The position numbers and the translations under genes are program-made. Positions 51,848 to 63,329 of a DNA stretch of 64,000 bases are shown here, one piece after another. The DNA lies in the NCBI RefSeq assembly GCF_011386835.1, contig NC_088796.1, positions 97,526,001 to 97,590,000 on the forward strand, in the 5' to 3' direction. Below the pieces are notes generated by a model. That model did no database searches and was not told the DNA's origin. It worked only from the letters and a program-made list of their open reading frames with translations. This DNA comes from Chrysemys picta bellii (Eukaryota). The stretch's first letter is position 1. Every line of letters starts with the position of its first letter.

Positions 51848-51932
51848 TTTTTCCATGTTTCTAGCTCCCGTACTATATCATTATAAACATATGAAAAGAG
51901 GTCTTCCTCAGATTTTGTTCCATCCAAATAAA
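51848..51932 (-). CDS. NMRK1: NMRK1 coding exon 7 (VYLDGTKSEEDLFSYVYNDIVRELETWK)
   Basis: ttctcag|TT acceptor, AA|GTAAGT donor, 85 bp, ends in phase 2. Confidence 0.94.
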
Positions 51933-53009
51933 CTGAGAAAGAAGGGGAGAGAAAAGTGGTCACAATATTACTAATTAAATTAAACTATAACTTCCTATAA
52001 ATTTGTATAGGACCCAGCAAAATCCCAAATGGCATCTGTAGGTGCTATCACAATAGAAATCAAGAATACTTCCTTTCCTCTCCCAATATCGCTTAAATAG
52101 AAGTCCATAAATAGGGGATCGATCCACCCAAAAATACCAGATTCTTTTTAAAAAATACATAGTCCATAGATGTCCCAAAAGGACAGAAATCCTAGTTCTA
52201 TGATAAGCTGAGAAATTCAGCAGAAATTTTCCCCTGTAAGGGAAAGCCCCTCGGTGAAGGAGGTTGGAAACCATTACTGCCAGAACTTGTACAGCCAACC
52301 AGAAAGTGGAGAGTTAATGCAAATTAATATTCTTCTGTGGCCCACTATGTATGTAATCTTTAGGACCTCCAGCTAGGTTGTAATAACTCTCCTAATGGGA
52401 AGAGGATACGATGATGAATGTGCTGTAATCTCTAATACTCCTGGTTGTTTAGGTTAAAAATAAATATTATATATTTACTTTATTTATTTATTTGAGCGGG
52501 GCAAAGACAGATTCTTTGTGCTATGCATGCTCTTTTATTACTTTCCCCATCCCTAAAGGAAATAATGACAAACACGACAAAACTGTTTTCCCTACCCAAC
52601 TATAAATATGGATTGGTTGATGAAGTCCAGGTCTATATTAGAAAAGTATAGATATATTGGCAGATCCCCCTAGTGTGGACGCACCCTATAAAACTGGCAA
52701 AAAAGTGCTTATCCCAGCAAAAACACTTATGTCAATATAATGGTCTACCTGCAAAAGCCCCAGTGTATAGAAACACTGCAAAAAGAAAAATCAAGTCACA
52801 CCCCCAACTGACATTGCTATCGCAGCAAAAAAAATTCTAATGTAGATCTGACTTGAGGAAAAGTTGAATATGGCTCCTTCATTGTTCCTTTTTGCAGGAC
52901 TGACATTTATTCTGTCATTAAAAATAATAATAATAATAAAATCCTCACCAGACAGAGTATTTGAGAGATTTTGAGAATGCTGATTTGAGTCTCTCAGCAT
53001 CCTTCTGCA

Positions 53010-53165
53010 GCCCTCTGTTATCTGAACATGTCAAATTTCACTCTAAGCAGGGTTTGTTCTGGACAGTATATGGATGAGAACCCTCTGAGGAACAAGAAAC
53101 ACTCCCACTTCAGCCAGTACAATACTAGGCAATTCCTCAGCATAGCGTTAAGAGGGCAAGAGGAT
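53010..53165 (+). mobile_element. 5S rRNA-derived SINE head (AmnSINE1-like)
   Basis: CTAAGCAGGGT...CTGGACAGTATATGGATGAGAACC resembles the 5S internal promoter region, followed by CAGCATAGCGTTAAGAGGGCA like the AmnSINE1 body (recalled). Confidence 0.55.
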
Positions 53166-53714
53166 CAACAACGAAAGGCTGGGATTGCTGCGAACAATAT
53201 CATACACCCAGGGTTCCTAAATTATCAGGGCTTTGGGCACCACTAGCTTCATTTCAAACAGTTGAACCTCATTTTCTCAGATTGCTGAGTAAGAACACAT
53301 GTTGCAGGTGGTTATTTAATAAATTCTTCCATTCATCTGGAACCCTACATTCATTCTCCTCTTCTGTTTTCCATAAAAGATCCAGATTTCTGGAAATAGT
53401 CCAGCATCTCCTAACTACAGAGTGGGTATGTCAGTCTCCCTGGGCACAAGATACAGGTTTCTACTCAGTTTCATAGTTAAACAAAAAAAACCAAAGTCCC
53501 ATAATTCAGCCTCTCATTCAAGAGAAAAGAGCAGCACTCCCAAAAAGGAACACAAGAAAGCAGATTCTCCAAGGGTTAAAAAAACGATACTACAGACAGA
53601 GTAAAAGTTTTTTTTTCACTTTTAAACAACAAGCTTTAAATATAACAGCTAGCCCAGTTTTGTTGTCTTTTTTAAATAAAAAAGCAAAGATTCTTTGAGG
53701 CAATAAAATGGAAT

Positions 53715-54738
53715 AAACCATTCCCAGAGAGTAGTTATCAATGGTACACAGTCATGCTGGAAGGGCATAACAAGTGGGGTCCCTCAAGGATCAGTTCTGG
53801 GTCCGGTTCTGTTCAATATCTTCATCATAATTTAGATAATTGCGTAGAGAGTACACTTATAAAATCTGCGGACGATACCAAGCTGGAAGGGGTTGCAAGC
53901 GCTTTGGAGGAGAGGATTAAAATTCAAAATGATCTGAACAAACTGGAGAAATGGTCTGAAGTAAATTGGATGAAATTCAATAAGGACAAATGCAAAGTAC
54001 TCCATTTAGGAAGGAACAATCAGTTACACACATACAAAATGGGAAATGAATGCTTAGGAAGGAGTACTGTGGAAAGGGATCTGGGGGTCATCGTGGACCA
54101 CAAGCTAAATATTAGTCAACAATGTAACGCTGTTGCAAAAAAAGCGAACATTATTCTGGGATGTATTAGCAAGAGTATTGTAAGCAAGACACAAGAAGTA
54201 ATTTTTCCACTCTACTCTGTGCTGATTAGGTCTGAACTGGAGTACTGTGTCCAGTTCTGGGCACCACATTTCAGGAAGGATGTGGACAAATTGGAGAGAT
54301 CCACAGAAGAGCAACAAAAATGATTAAAGGTCTAGAAAACATGACCTATGAGAGAAGACTGAAAAAAATTGGGTTTGTTTAGTCTGGAAAAAAGACAGAG
54401 GGGACATAACAGTTTTCAAGTATGTAAAAGGATGTTACAAGGAGGAGGAAGAAAAATTGTTGTTGTTAACCTCTGAGGATCAGACAAGAAGCAATGGGCT
54501 TAAATTGCAGCAAGGGAGGTTTAGGTTGGCCATTAGGAAAAACTTCCTAACTGTCAGGGTGGTTAAGCACCGGAATAAATTGCCTAGGGAGGTTGTGGAG
54601 TCTCCATCATTGGAGATTTTTAAGAGCAGGTTAGACAAACACCTGTCAGGAATGGTCTAGATAATACTTAGTCCTGCCACAAGTGCAGGGGACTGGATTA
54701 GATTACCTGTCGAGGTCCCTTCCAGTTCTATGATTTTA
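53715..54738 (+). mobile_element. CR1 LINE 3' fragment
   Basis: SADDTKL...KFNKDKCKVLHLG...ELEYCVQFWAPHF; ends GAGGTCCCTTCCAGTTCTATGATT. Confidence 0.93.
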
Positions 54739-54861
54739 TCTGTAAATCATCAGGAGGGGTTACTTCTAACAGGGCCCCAACTAAAGATTATGTATGACTA
54801 TGAGTCCCATAATTCCAGTATAATCCATTTGAAAGTGACCCAAAGGAACAACTATTTCTGA

Positions 54862-54974
54862 ATATCAGAGGGGTAGCTGTGTTAGTCTGAATCTGAAAAA
54901 AGCAACAGAGGGTCCTGTGGCACCTTTAAGACTCTGTTAGTCTTAAAGGTGCCACAGGACCCTCTGTTGCTTTT
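54862..54974. mobile_element. Short inverted Penelope-like remnant (second subfamily)
   Basis: TSD AACTATTTCTGA at 54850-54861 and 54975-54986; perfect 36-bp inverted arms 54898-54933 and 54939-54974; TGTGGCACCTT core shared with the other PLE ends. Confidence 0.78.
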
Positions 54975-55001
54975 AACTATTTCTGAGATGATCCTTCAAG
55001 G

Positions 55002-55033
<32 letters not shown>

Positions 55034-55619
55034 GCAGTTTCTATTCCCTCCCCCATCCCATCTCTCACACGCTCACTGATTTTGAAACATGTGCTTCGGC
55101 TAATTCACACACTGATTTTGGCACAGTTCATCATAGTAGAGAGCCTGTAAGAGGCTCTATATACACCCGATACACAGGGCCTTGCACTCTCTCTTGTCAC
55201 GGGGGTGAATTTCACCATTAACCTTTTCGATAAATATAAATCTTTAGTATGATATTGATCAATAAAAGAAAAGAATTTAACACCTGATCATGAACAGTGT
55301 TGAGCATGTCTAACTGCCATTCAAAACAAGCTGAAGGTGCTCAATGCCCATCGCCTTGCAGGAAGTGCTCTTCATGTTGCAGGATCAGGCTCTAACAGCA
55401 TTATTAGTTTGGCATTATGCAAACTTCCCTACATAGCTCCACCAAAGCACCCAAAATCCTGACATGTCTCATGTCAGACTGTGTAGTGCCTTAGCAATGT
55501 GTACAACTTGGAGCAATCTATTAAACTTATTCCATCTAAGATCTAAATCAGGATTGTAAACCGCATTCTAATGCATCAACCCAATGAGCCATACAACTCC
55601 CCAGAATTCTTCTAGTTAA

Positions 55620-55620
<1 letters not shown>

Positions 55621-55658
<38 letters not shown>
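55621..55658. repeat. (CA)n microsatellite, about 18 units
   Basis: Read directly from the sequence. Confidence 0.95.
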
Positions 55659-55662
<4 letters not shown>

Positions 55663-55911
55663 GGTTTGTCACATGGAGTTTAGGAATCACTAGTGAAGGT
55701 GACTAATACATTTTTGTTTATTCCTATAACTCACAAAGGTGGGTAATCTCTACAAGATTTTCTTGCATGAAGATCACTTATCTATGAGCAGACAATAAAT
55801 GCATTTAACACTGCTGCATAAATGCCAAAAAAATTCTGGAAAAATAGAGTGATTTGCAAAAATCACTACTTTTAATAATTTTTATATATTTAAAGATTAT
55901 GTATACCATAC

Positions 55912-56018
55912 CGATATTATTTTTATTTTCTTCCATTTCCCTTTTATGTTTCAAATACATAGGCCATACGTGTCCATCGAAGTATCCTGGTGGATCTGCC
56001 GGTTGATAAACTCTGGTA
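55912..56018 (-). CDS. NMRK1: NMRK1 coding exon 6 (TRVYQPADPPGYFDGHVWPMYLKHKREMEENKNNI)
   Basis: ctgtag|T acceptor, G|GTATGG donor, 107 bp; GYFDGHVWPMY signature. Confidence 0.97.
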
Positions 56019-56432
56019 CTACAGAAAAACAGATTTGCTTTCCTGTGCAAGTTTTACATTTTTTTCCCCTGGTGTGCACTCATATACTCTTCATTGTTTA
56101 TTTAGTAAGAATATCTATCCAAAATAGTAAGAGAGGGAGGCTATCTGCTGGTCACAGCACAGGAGACTCCTTAGTTATAACAGGATTTAGCATATTGCCC
56201 ACGTGACCTCCATCAAATCACCTATTTCTGCCTATCGTTTCAACTACAAACTGGATAAGAGCAGATTCTTATTGAAACAATGTTGCATCATAATTAAAAT
56301 TCATTGCATAAGTAAGTTACATAAGAATATACAAAATACAAAATCTGCTATCACAGATAATATTTTTCACATTGGTCTAAATTCTGAGAAGTGACTAGCG
56401 ATTTTGGTTGCTCAACTTGCAATACCTTAGAG

Positions 56433-56827
56433 CACTGGCTCTCAACCTTTCCAGACTACTATGCCCCTCTCAGGAATCTGATTTGTCTTGCATACCCCAA
56501 ATTTCACTTCACTTAAAGACAACTTGGACTTGCTTACAAAATCAGACATAAAACAATAAAAGTGTCACAGCACACTATGACTGAAAAATTGCTTACTTTC
56601 TCTTTTTAACCGTTATAAAATTCATCAATTGGAATATAAATATTGTACTTACATTTCAGTGTATAGTATACAGAGTGGTATAAACAAGTCATTGTCTGTA
56701 TGAAATTTTAGTTTGTACTGACTTCGCTAGTGTTTTTTATGTAGTCTGTTATACAACTAGGCAAATCTCTAGATGAGGTGATATACCTCCTGAAAGACCT
56801 CTGCGTACCCCTGATTGAGAACCACTG
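56433..56827. mobile_element. hAT MITE
   Basis: Ends TTGAGAACCACTG; exact TSD CCTTAGAG. Confidence 0.9.
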
Positions 56828-57618
56828 CCTTAGAGGGTCTGATTTTCAGAAGCGCTGAGTATCCACCTTTTGATGATTTAACTCCTTTAAGGTCTCTTAA
56901 ATTGGGCTCCTAGAACGAAAGGCACCAAAAATCTACTAGTCACCTTTCAAAACATAGGCCATTATGAATATGGGAATTCTGCAATCAGTGAACCAGATTC
57001 TGACCTTAGCTACATTTGTGTCATTCTAGAATAAAGTCATCAACACCAGATTTGCAACAGTAACTGAAGGCAGAAAGGGGCCAATATCTAACTCAAATAA
57101 TACGCAATGTAAATGCATGTCAACTCTGCCACTGAACAGCATTGTGGTGGCACAGCTTCTTGTAGCAGAAAGAGTAAACACTGTTTCTGTCCCCTCTTAA
57201 ACAATGCTTAAGTGCAACTGTACTGTAATTAACCTATATTTTAAGTTCCTTGGACAAGGAGCTTTTTTCTTTGTGTCTGTACATTGGCAGTCTGAACAGT
57301 GAGTGGTGTCCCCATGCACAACTACAATATGAATAATAAACAAGGGATGGATCTATACATTTGAGGGTTACAGATGCTGTTTGAACATCCCTGGGAACCA
57401 CAAAGGCTCTACCCTCAGGGATGGAATAGTAACAAGGCGAAGCTCACTACCTCAGCAATAGCAAGATCACAAGAAGGGACTGAGGAGAGTCAGCAGACTC
57501 TGCTCTGAGTTGTTACAGTTGGTAGATGTGTGAGAACACATTGACATACAGGAACCTTTCTGTCGTACGGGTACTAGGGCATGGTGATCTGCAGTGAGCA
57601 ATAATTTTAAAACATTAC

Positions 57619-57690
57619 CTCCGTCTCCTCTTGCATTCTTCATATGGAATGGTCAGAAAATATCTTCTATCCCATACTTCATTAAGAGGC
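57619..57690 (-). CDS. NMRK1: NMRK1 coding exon 5 ([23 protein letters not shown])
   Basis: cttag|G acceptor, AG|GTAATG donor, 72 bp. Confidence 0.96.
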
Positions 57691-57796
57691 CTAAGATAAC
57701 AGCATGTTTAGTCATTTTGTTTCCTTATTCATGCCCCCATTCACAGTTTATATTAACGTGACATTTTAAAGTTATTTGTAAGGTAGTGTTGCTTAC

Positions 57797-57968
57797 TCAT
57801 AGTTATACAGAAGAAAACCTTCAGCTATTAAAATGTGAACTTCTTCTGTACTTTTCAGATTGACAGGTGTACTCTTTGATTCTGCTGTTGAGACAGAAGA
57901 GCCTGTTGGGTTTTTCATCCATGAGTGTATGCTTGTCACCATTTCCTCCATATAAAGGGCATCAAGTA
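57797..57968 (-). CDS. NMRK1: NMRK1 coding exon 4 (VLDALYMEEMVTSIHSWMK...ILIAEGFLLYNYE)
   Basis: ttctag|TA acceptor, GA|GTAAGC donor, 172 bp. Confidence 0.95.
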
Positions 57969-58914
57969 CTAGAAAAGACAAAAGGTTAAGTTAACATGTT
58001 TTTGTTTTGGCTTTTAATTTTTGCATTATTTCTGAGTTAAGTAGAAACCCTGTCAAATAGTTTAAGATCTAAATGTAGGTGTTAAGTAAAAGAAGCAGGG
58101 TTAATTTAAAAGAAATGGAAATTTAAATGTTAACATTCCCATTTACTACTGGAACCTAAAACAACAGCACTGAATTTGGGCATGTGAACCAGAATGTCCA
58201 GCTGATTCATCTAGTTTCATTGTCCAAACTGAGTGAAGTTCAAAAGTTGAACTGAAAGTTACATAGCTGATGAATGTTGGTAGTAAACACAGAATTAAAG
58301 GTTTAGGCTAATGTTATAAATAGCCAGGTATTAAAGGAAATCTTAGATCAGCTGCAGGATATTAAACTGGAGGTTTATAATTAGAGATGGCCTGATGGCT
58401 AGCCTAGAATTTAAAGATCCAGATCTCAAATTGCAATTTGGACTCATTTTTAGTTATAATTTGCAACACATTTGGTCTGTAGTACAGTCCTGAACTCAAT
58501 GAGACTTCTTGCATGAGAAAAAGGTTGAAACTTGGATCTGATCTTGCTTGATTTAGGATCTGATTCTGGGAGGTGCTAAGCAGCCTTGATTCTCAGTGAC
58601 TTCACATCAGGAGTTGAGGATGTTACAGGAAGTGCTCAGAACCTCCCAGGACATGTCATGAGGTGCAACTCTACAAAGGGAGAAAAAGGGACAACTATTT
58701 CAATTAAATTTCACTATTTGTTAATAGATAACTTTCTGTATTACATCTGATTTCATTTTACTGGCCTGGAATCGAAATATAACTACCAATCACTTCAAGG
58801 GAGTCAGAATTTCACCTCTGGAATGCAGTTTTCTCTAAGTTACTGTCAAACAAGAATAAGATATTAATATCTATAGTTTAATTATTTGGTTTTAAGGTGA
58901 ATATTGCTCGTTAT

Positions 58915-59033
58915 GGGCCAGATTCTAATACTCATGTTGACAACATACTCCACAAGTAGCCCTATTAAGTTAGTGGGGCTACTTGTGAAGCAAGAAGCTA
59001 CCCAAAATGAGTAAGAGTGCCAGAATATGGCCC
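58915..59033. mobile_element. Short palindromic MITE
   Basis: Outer GGGCCAGATTCT / AGAATATGGCCC and inner perfect 12-bp CACAAGTAGCCC / GGGCTACTTGTG; related decayed copies near 130, 6065, 56840 and 62000. Confidence 0.6.
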
Positions 59034-59774
59034 TAAATGACCAAACAAAAATAAACATTTAACACTGTAAAATGGTATAATTGGCATTAGGTTTGAAATC
59101 ACAATTACTAATGCTGTTCAGAAGAGTCTTAATATTGACAGGTTAATAAATTGACAAGGTTTCACTATAAGCAACAGACAGTTGGCTGCGTCATGCCCCA
59201 TAATTTAGAAGACCAAGAATAGAGAGAATAAAGTCTGTTGCAGACAGTTTGTTTAACTAGACTCTAGAAAAGGAAAGCACTGGATGAAGCAGTCTGGAGA
59301 CCAACCTCCTCAGAACTTTAGATACATGCTGTCACCAGAAGAAATGTTCATAATATCCTCTGCTAAGTGAGAGCTGTTTCTGGAGAAACAGAAAGGGCTA
59401 GCTAATTTGCAAAACAGATATAAAAAGTCAGTGATAAATGCAGGAAGTTAAAATATTATTGCTATTCCATAGTAATGGTATTGTGTAATAGTCAAATAAA
59501 GGTATGTTATATTAAACTGTCCAGTATAATGATGATGAACTTTTAAAAAACTTTCTGTTAAACCAACATCCTGAAAAAATCCTCTATCGAATTACGTTTG
59601 CTTTATTTTTTTTGCCAGACACACCCCACTAACCATAAAAAAAAAAAAAAAAAAGCAAAACACTGTCCCCATTGATGACTGCATTGATCCAAAAGAAACA
59701 GAAGCTAAAGTTAATAAATTACAGCTGACATGTCAATATATAATGTTCACAAGCAATATACCCAATTTACTAAC

Positions 59775-59823
59775 CATCATATTGCTTAAATCCATGTTCA
59801 TCTATCTCTACTTCACATTCTGG
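59775..59823 (-). CDS. NMRK1: NMRK1 coding exon 3 (PECEVEIDEHGFKQYD)
   Basis: tctctag|CCA acceptor, G|GTTAGT donor, 49 bp. Confidence 0.95.
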
Positions 59824-60837
59824 CTAGAGAGAAAAAAAATAGGCAGTTATCAGGTCAAATGGCAATAGTAACCCTATTACTCTGAATTCACTTGTGTAGT
59901 ATTCATGGTGGGGATGGGTAGAAGGTTGGAAGGCCAGTGTGAATGGCGTAGGGGGAAGGTTTAGGTTGCCAGGATATGAAGCAGAAAATGTAACATGGGC
60001 AGGGGGAGAAACAGGAAGCCAAAGAAGCATGTAGAGTAGGGGAAGACAGTGGTAGAATATCCACAGTGTTTTTCATAAACAGTGGATTGCAACATAGCAG
60101 GAGTGTTGCCCCCGCCCGCCCCAATTTAATCTTGATGTATCACTACGGTCCCCCCAAATTACTTTTCAAATAAAATATATTTTTTCCCCTCATCCCCCCG
60201 AAATAGTACCATCCAGGTAAAATTATTTACTAATCTACTGAAATTGATATTGATAATATATTACATATTATATAAACACAAGCATCTCTGGATTTTAATA
60301 TTAACTTCTGAATAAACTACAGATTCACTCGAGAACAATAACCACATCAGGAACAAGAACAGGCCCTTCTCACTCTCATAGATACAGAAACAGTTATGCT
60401 TTTGCATTTTTTTAAGATAGGAAAAAAAACAAGCAACAATATTTAATTTTTTGTTGCTATTTTGTTTCTATTTGTTGTTTTCTATCTAGATTTAAAAATA
60501 AACTGCAAAAATAATATGAATTGCAGTAGCATGAAGCATTCCCTGAAATGCATCTGTTTCTCTACAAACCTTTAAATATAATATCAGAGGATGCAGTGCG
60601 ATGATTATTCTGTTGTTCATGTTCCTAATCTTTTTTGGCAACTGAAAGCTTTAACGTTATTATAGCATTCTTAATTGTATTTCCCTCTCTTCCAGATAAC
60701 AGTTTATATTGACTCTATGAACAGGATTCATTTTAAATTGTCACATACTGGTAGATCAAGAAAAAATAATATAGTCTTGCAGGAACTACATTTAAAGTCT
60801 ACTTTTATGTATGAAGTCGTTCCATCAACTCAGTTAC

Positions 60838-60928
60838 CTTAAAGAAGTCATCTTGAGAGAGTATACTGCAGTTTGGAAGCTGTTTCCTAAGTCGTTTTGC
60901 CAGTGTTGTTTTCCCCCCATTTGTCACA
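60838..60928 (-). CDS. NMRK1: NMRK1 coding exon 2 (VTNGGKTTLAKRLRKQLPNCSILSQDDFFK), P-loop and catalytic Asp region
   Basis: gtcag|T acceptor, AAG|GTAACT donor, 91 bp; Walker A motif GGVTNGGKTT. Confidence 0.96.
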
Positions 60929-61078
60929 CTGACTTTGAAAATGGAACAAACAATGGGTCAGGTCAAAAATAATGAACAACATAGGAGTGCAATGTGCGTT
61001 AGCAAAAAGGCAATTACAAAAAGTTAATTTTATTCAGAATATTAAGTACTGTTTGCAGTTTCCTAACATTTGTTTGGA

Positions 61079-61155
61079 AAATACTTAGTCCTGCCATGAG
61101 TACAGGGGACTGAACTAGATGCCCTCGAGTTCCCTTCCAGTCCTATGATACTATC
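61079..61155 (+). mobile_element. CR1 3'-terminal fragment
   Basis: AATACTTAGTCCTGCC...GGGGACTGAACTAGATG...CCCTTCCAGTCCTATGAT, same as the end of the 53.7 kb copy. Confidence 0.75.
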
Positions 61156-61268
61156 TTTTAACTCATTTTAGTCAGCTTATATGACAATGGAAAAGAGGAA
61201 GACTAGAGTTGATGTCCGAAAGGGTCAATCTATGGTGGAGGGTGGAAAAAGTTATCAAAAAATTAAAC

Positions 61269-61616
61269 CAGTGGCATAGCTAGGAGTGGAAATTTGTGTG
61301 GGCCCTGACTTTCAGGTGGATGGGTAATGACAGACTGTGCTAGCTCAGCTTCTCCTCCAATGCCACACCCTCTTCCTAGCCCTGGTACCCCCAGACACAA
61401 GGCTTCACCTGCCGAGCTGGGCACACGCATGGGGCAGCTCAGAAAATGGCAAGGCAGAGCTATGGGAGCTCTGAAGGGTGGGCGCATAGCTCCGTCCTGG
61501 ATTTCAGGTGCCAGAGTGATGCTCCGGGGTACTGTGGCAGCACTATACCCCTGCTCAGATTTGGGTGGGCCTGGATGCTTACGGCCCATCCAAGTCCATC
61601 TGTGGCTACGCCCCTG
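61269..61616. mobile_element. hAT-type MITE
   Basis: TIR CAGTGGCATAGC / GCTACGCCCCTG; TSD AATTAAAC / AATTAAAT. Confidence 0.8.
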
Positions 61617-61778
61617 AATTAAATACAATTGACAATACAATATTAAGCTTGAGTTTTTAATTACTTAAAAAAAAAAAAGACAGCTATATTCACACTCAGG
61701 GATTGTTAGATCACAATATGGAGTTTGAGGCAATCTTACATTTTCGTTTTAACAGAGACTTAACTTGTTTGCACTTAC

Positions 61779-61807
61779 CCTCCAAGTCCAATGACTAACA
61801 CCTTCAT
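61779..61807 (-). CDS. NMRK1: Nicotinamide riboside kinase 1, first coding exon (MKVLVIGLG)
   Basis: ATG at 61807, donor GG|GTAAGT, 29 coding bp; probable acceptor ttttaaacag| at 61839 adds about 32 nt of 5' UTR. Confidence 0.92.
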
Positions 61808-62736
61808 AATTTGTGTTCTATCTAGTTCCCTTCTTCCCACTGTTTAAAATAAGAACAATGAACAAACCTGTTTGGACAATGACAAAATCAGCTGCTACAC
61901 AGGAAAATACCAATTACCACAAAAGGCCTTTTAAAGGTTTTCAACCTTTACCACTTTTATTCAACTGTCTTCACAGTCTTACCATGAGGGCTCCTTTAAG
62001 ATCCAACCCTGCAATTGCTTACTACCAAGCATAGTTCTTACTATCATGAGCAGTCCCATTGCAGAAAACAGGACTACTTAGCGCAATAGTAAAGTGTTTG
62101 CAGATTCGGCCCTTGAAAGTAACCTAGGGAAGAGGGGAGAAATGAGTTTGTGTCTTGTTTTGTTTCAAGGTTTCTTCTAGGAACTTCCTTTTCTGCTTTT
62201 ATTTTTTATTTTTAACATTACAGTATCATGAATCTCAGATTTTGTCTTTCTAATTTTTGGAGGATTGTTTTGGACACTGAGAAGTGTTCCTTGGGCACTG
62301 TGACACTTTGGGGGTTTACTCAGACCGAATTCTTCCATCAACCTAGCTACCATTTCTTGGGAAGGTGGATTACTTATGCCAAGGGGAGGAGGTCCTATCT
62401 ACACAGAAGCACTGCAGTAATGCAGCCATGCACTGTAGCATTTTAACTGTAGACAAGCCCTTGGCAAATGACAAATATTTTATAATGAAGATCAATAAAG
62501 GTTTTTCAGTGCAGCTAAGCTCTGACTCAAAAAGAAACACTAGCTGACAAGTCAAATACCATCTACACAGCTGAAGAACTTTGAACTCATTAACTTATGT
62601 CACTGTCTGTATCAAATATAGTCACAATTTAAGGGAAGGATTCCAGAGTAAATAAAGCAGGCAACTTTATTTGTGAATGTGTAAAAAATAAAGAAAAGTG
62701 GAAACCAAGAGTGGGTAGTAAAATATTTTGTTTGCA

Positions 62737-62910
62737 GTGTAATTGTAGCCATGTTGGTCACAGGATAACAGAGACATAAGGTTGGTGAGGTAATATCTTC
62801 TATTGGACCAACTTTTGTTCATGAGACACACATTTTCGAGGTAGAGCTCTGTGTAAACTTCAACGCTTGTCTCTTTCGCCAACAGAAGTTGGACAAATAA
62901 AAAATTTACA
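62737..62910. mobile_element. Older inverted Penelope-like remnant with a decayed hammerhead
   Basis: Imperfect inverted TTGGACCAACTTTTGTT / AACAGAAGTTGGACAAATAAAA; GAGCTCTGTGTAAACTTCAACGCTTGTCTC resembles a decayed stem II-GAAA-GCUU motif. Confidence 0.5.
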
Positions 62911-63118
62911 AATATACCATCTTATTGCAGATAGTAAAGTTATCATCAAGCTTACCATGAGCAGCCTACAACGCCAAACATTAAGGCACCAATCCTCCCA
63001 ACACAGATGTACAGAATTAGTACTTTAATTTTGCATTTCTTAATTTTTCAGCTGCAATTTTTAATTATGCCACTTGGTATATGTAAAGTATTTGCACAAA
63101 TGACTTGAAGTGGCAAAT

Positions 63119-63141
63119 CACACACACACACACACACACAC
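63119..63141. repeat. (CA)n microsatellite, about 11 units
   Basis: Read directly from the sequence. Confidence 0.9.
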
Positions 63142-63329
63142 GTGTAAGGAAATGCACAGAAAAATAGGGTTCCGAGAGAATTTTCAACTTTATCTGCCAA
63201 CTTGGCAGCAGTGTCCATCTACAGCAGTCACTAGCCGGTGCGTGATTCCATTAACTGGCATAAGGACAGTATTCGCAAATATGCCCTACAAAATACGTAA
63301 CAAGTGCATTTGAACTAAGTGAACAGCGC

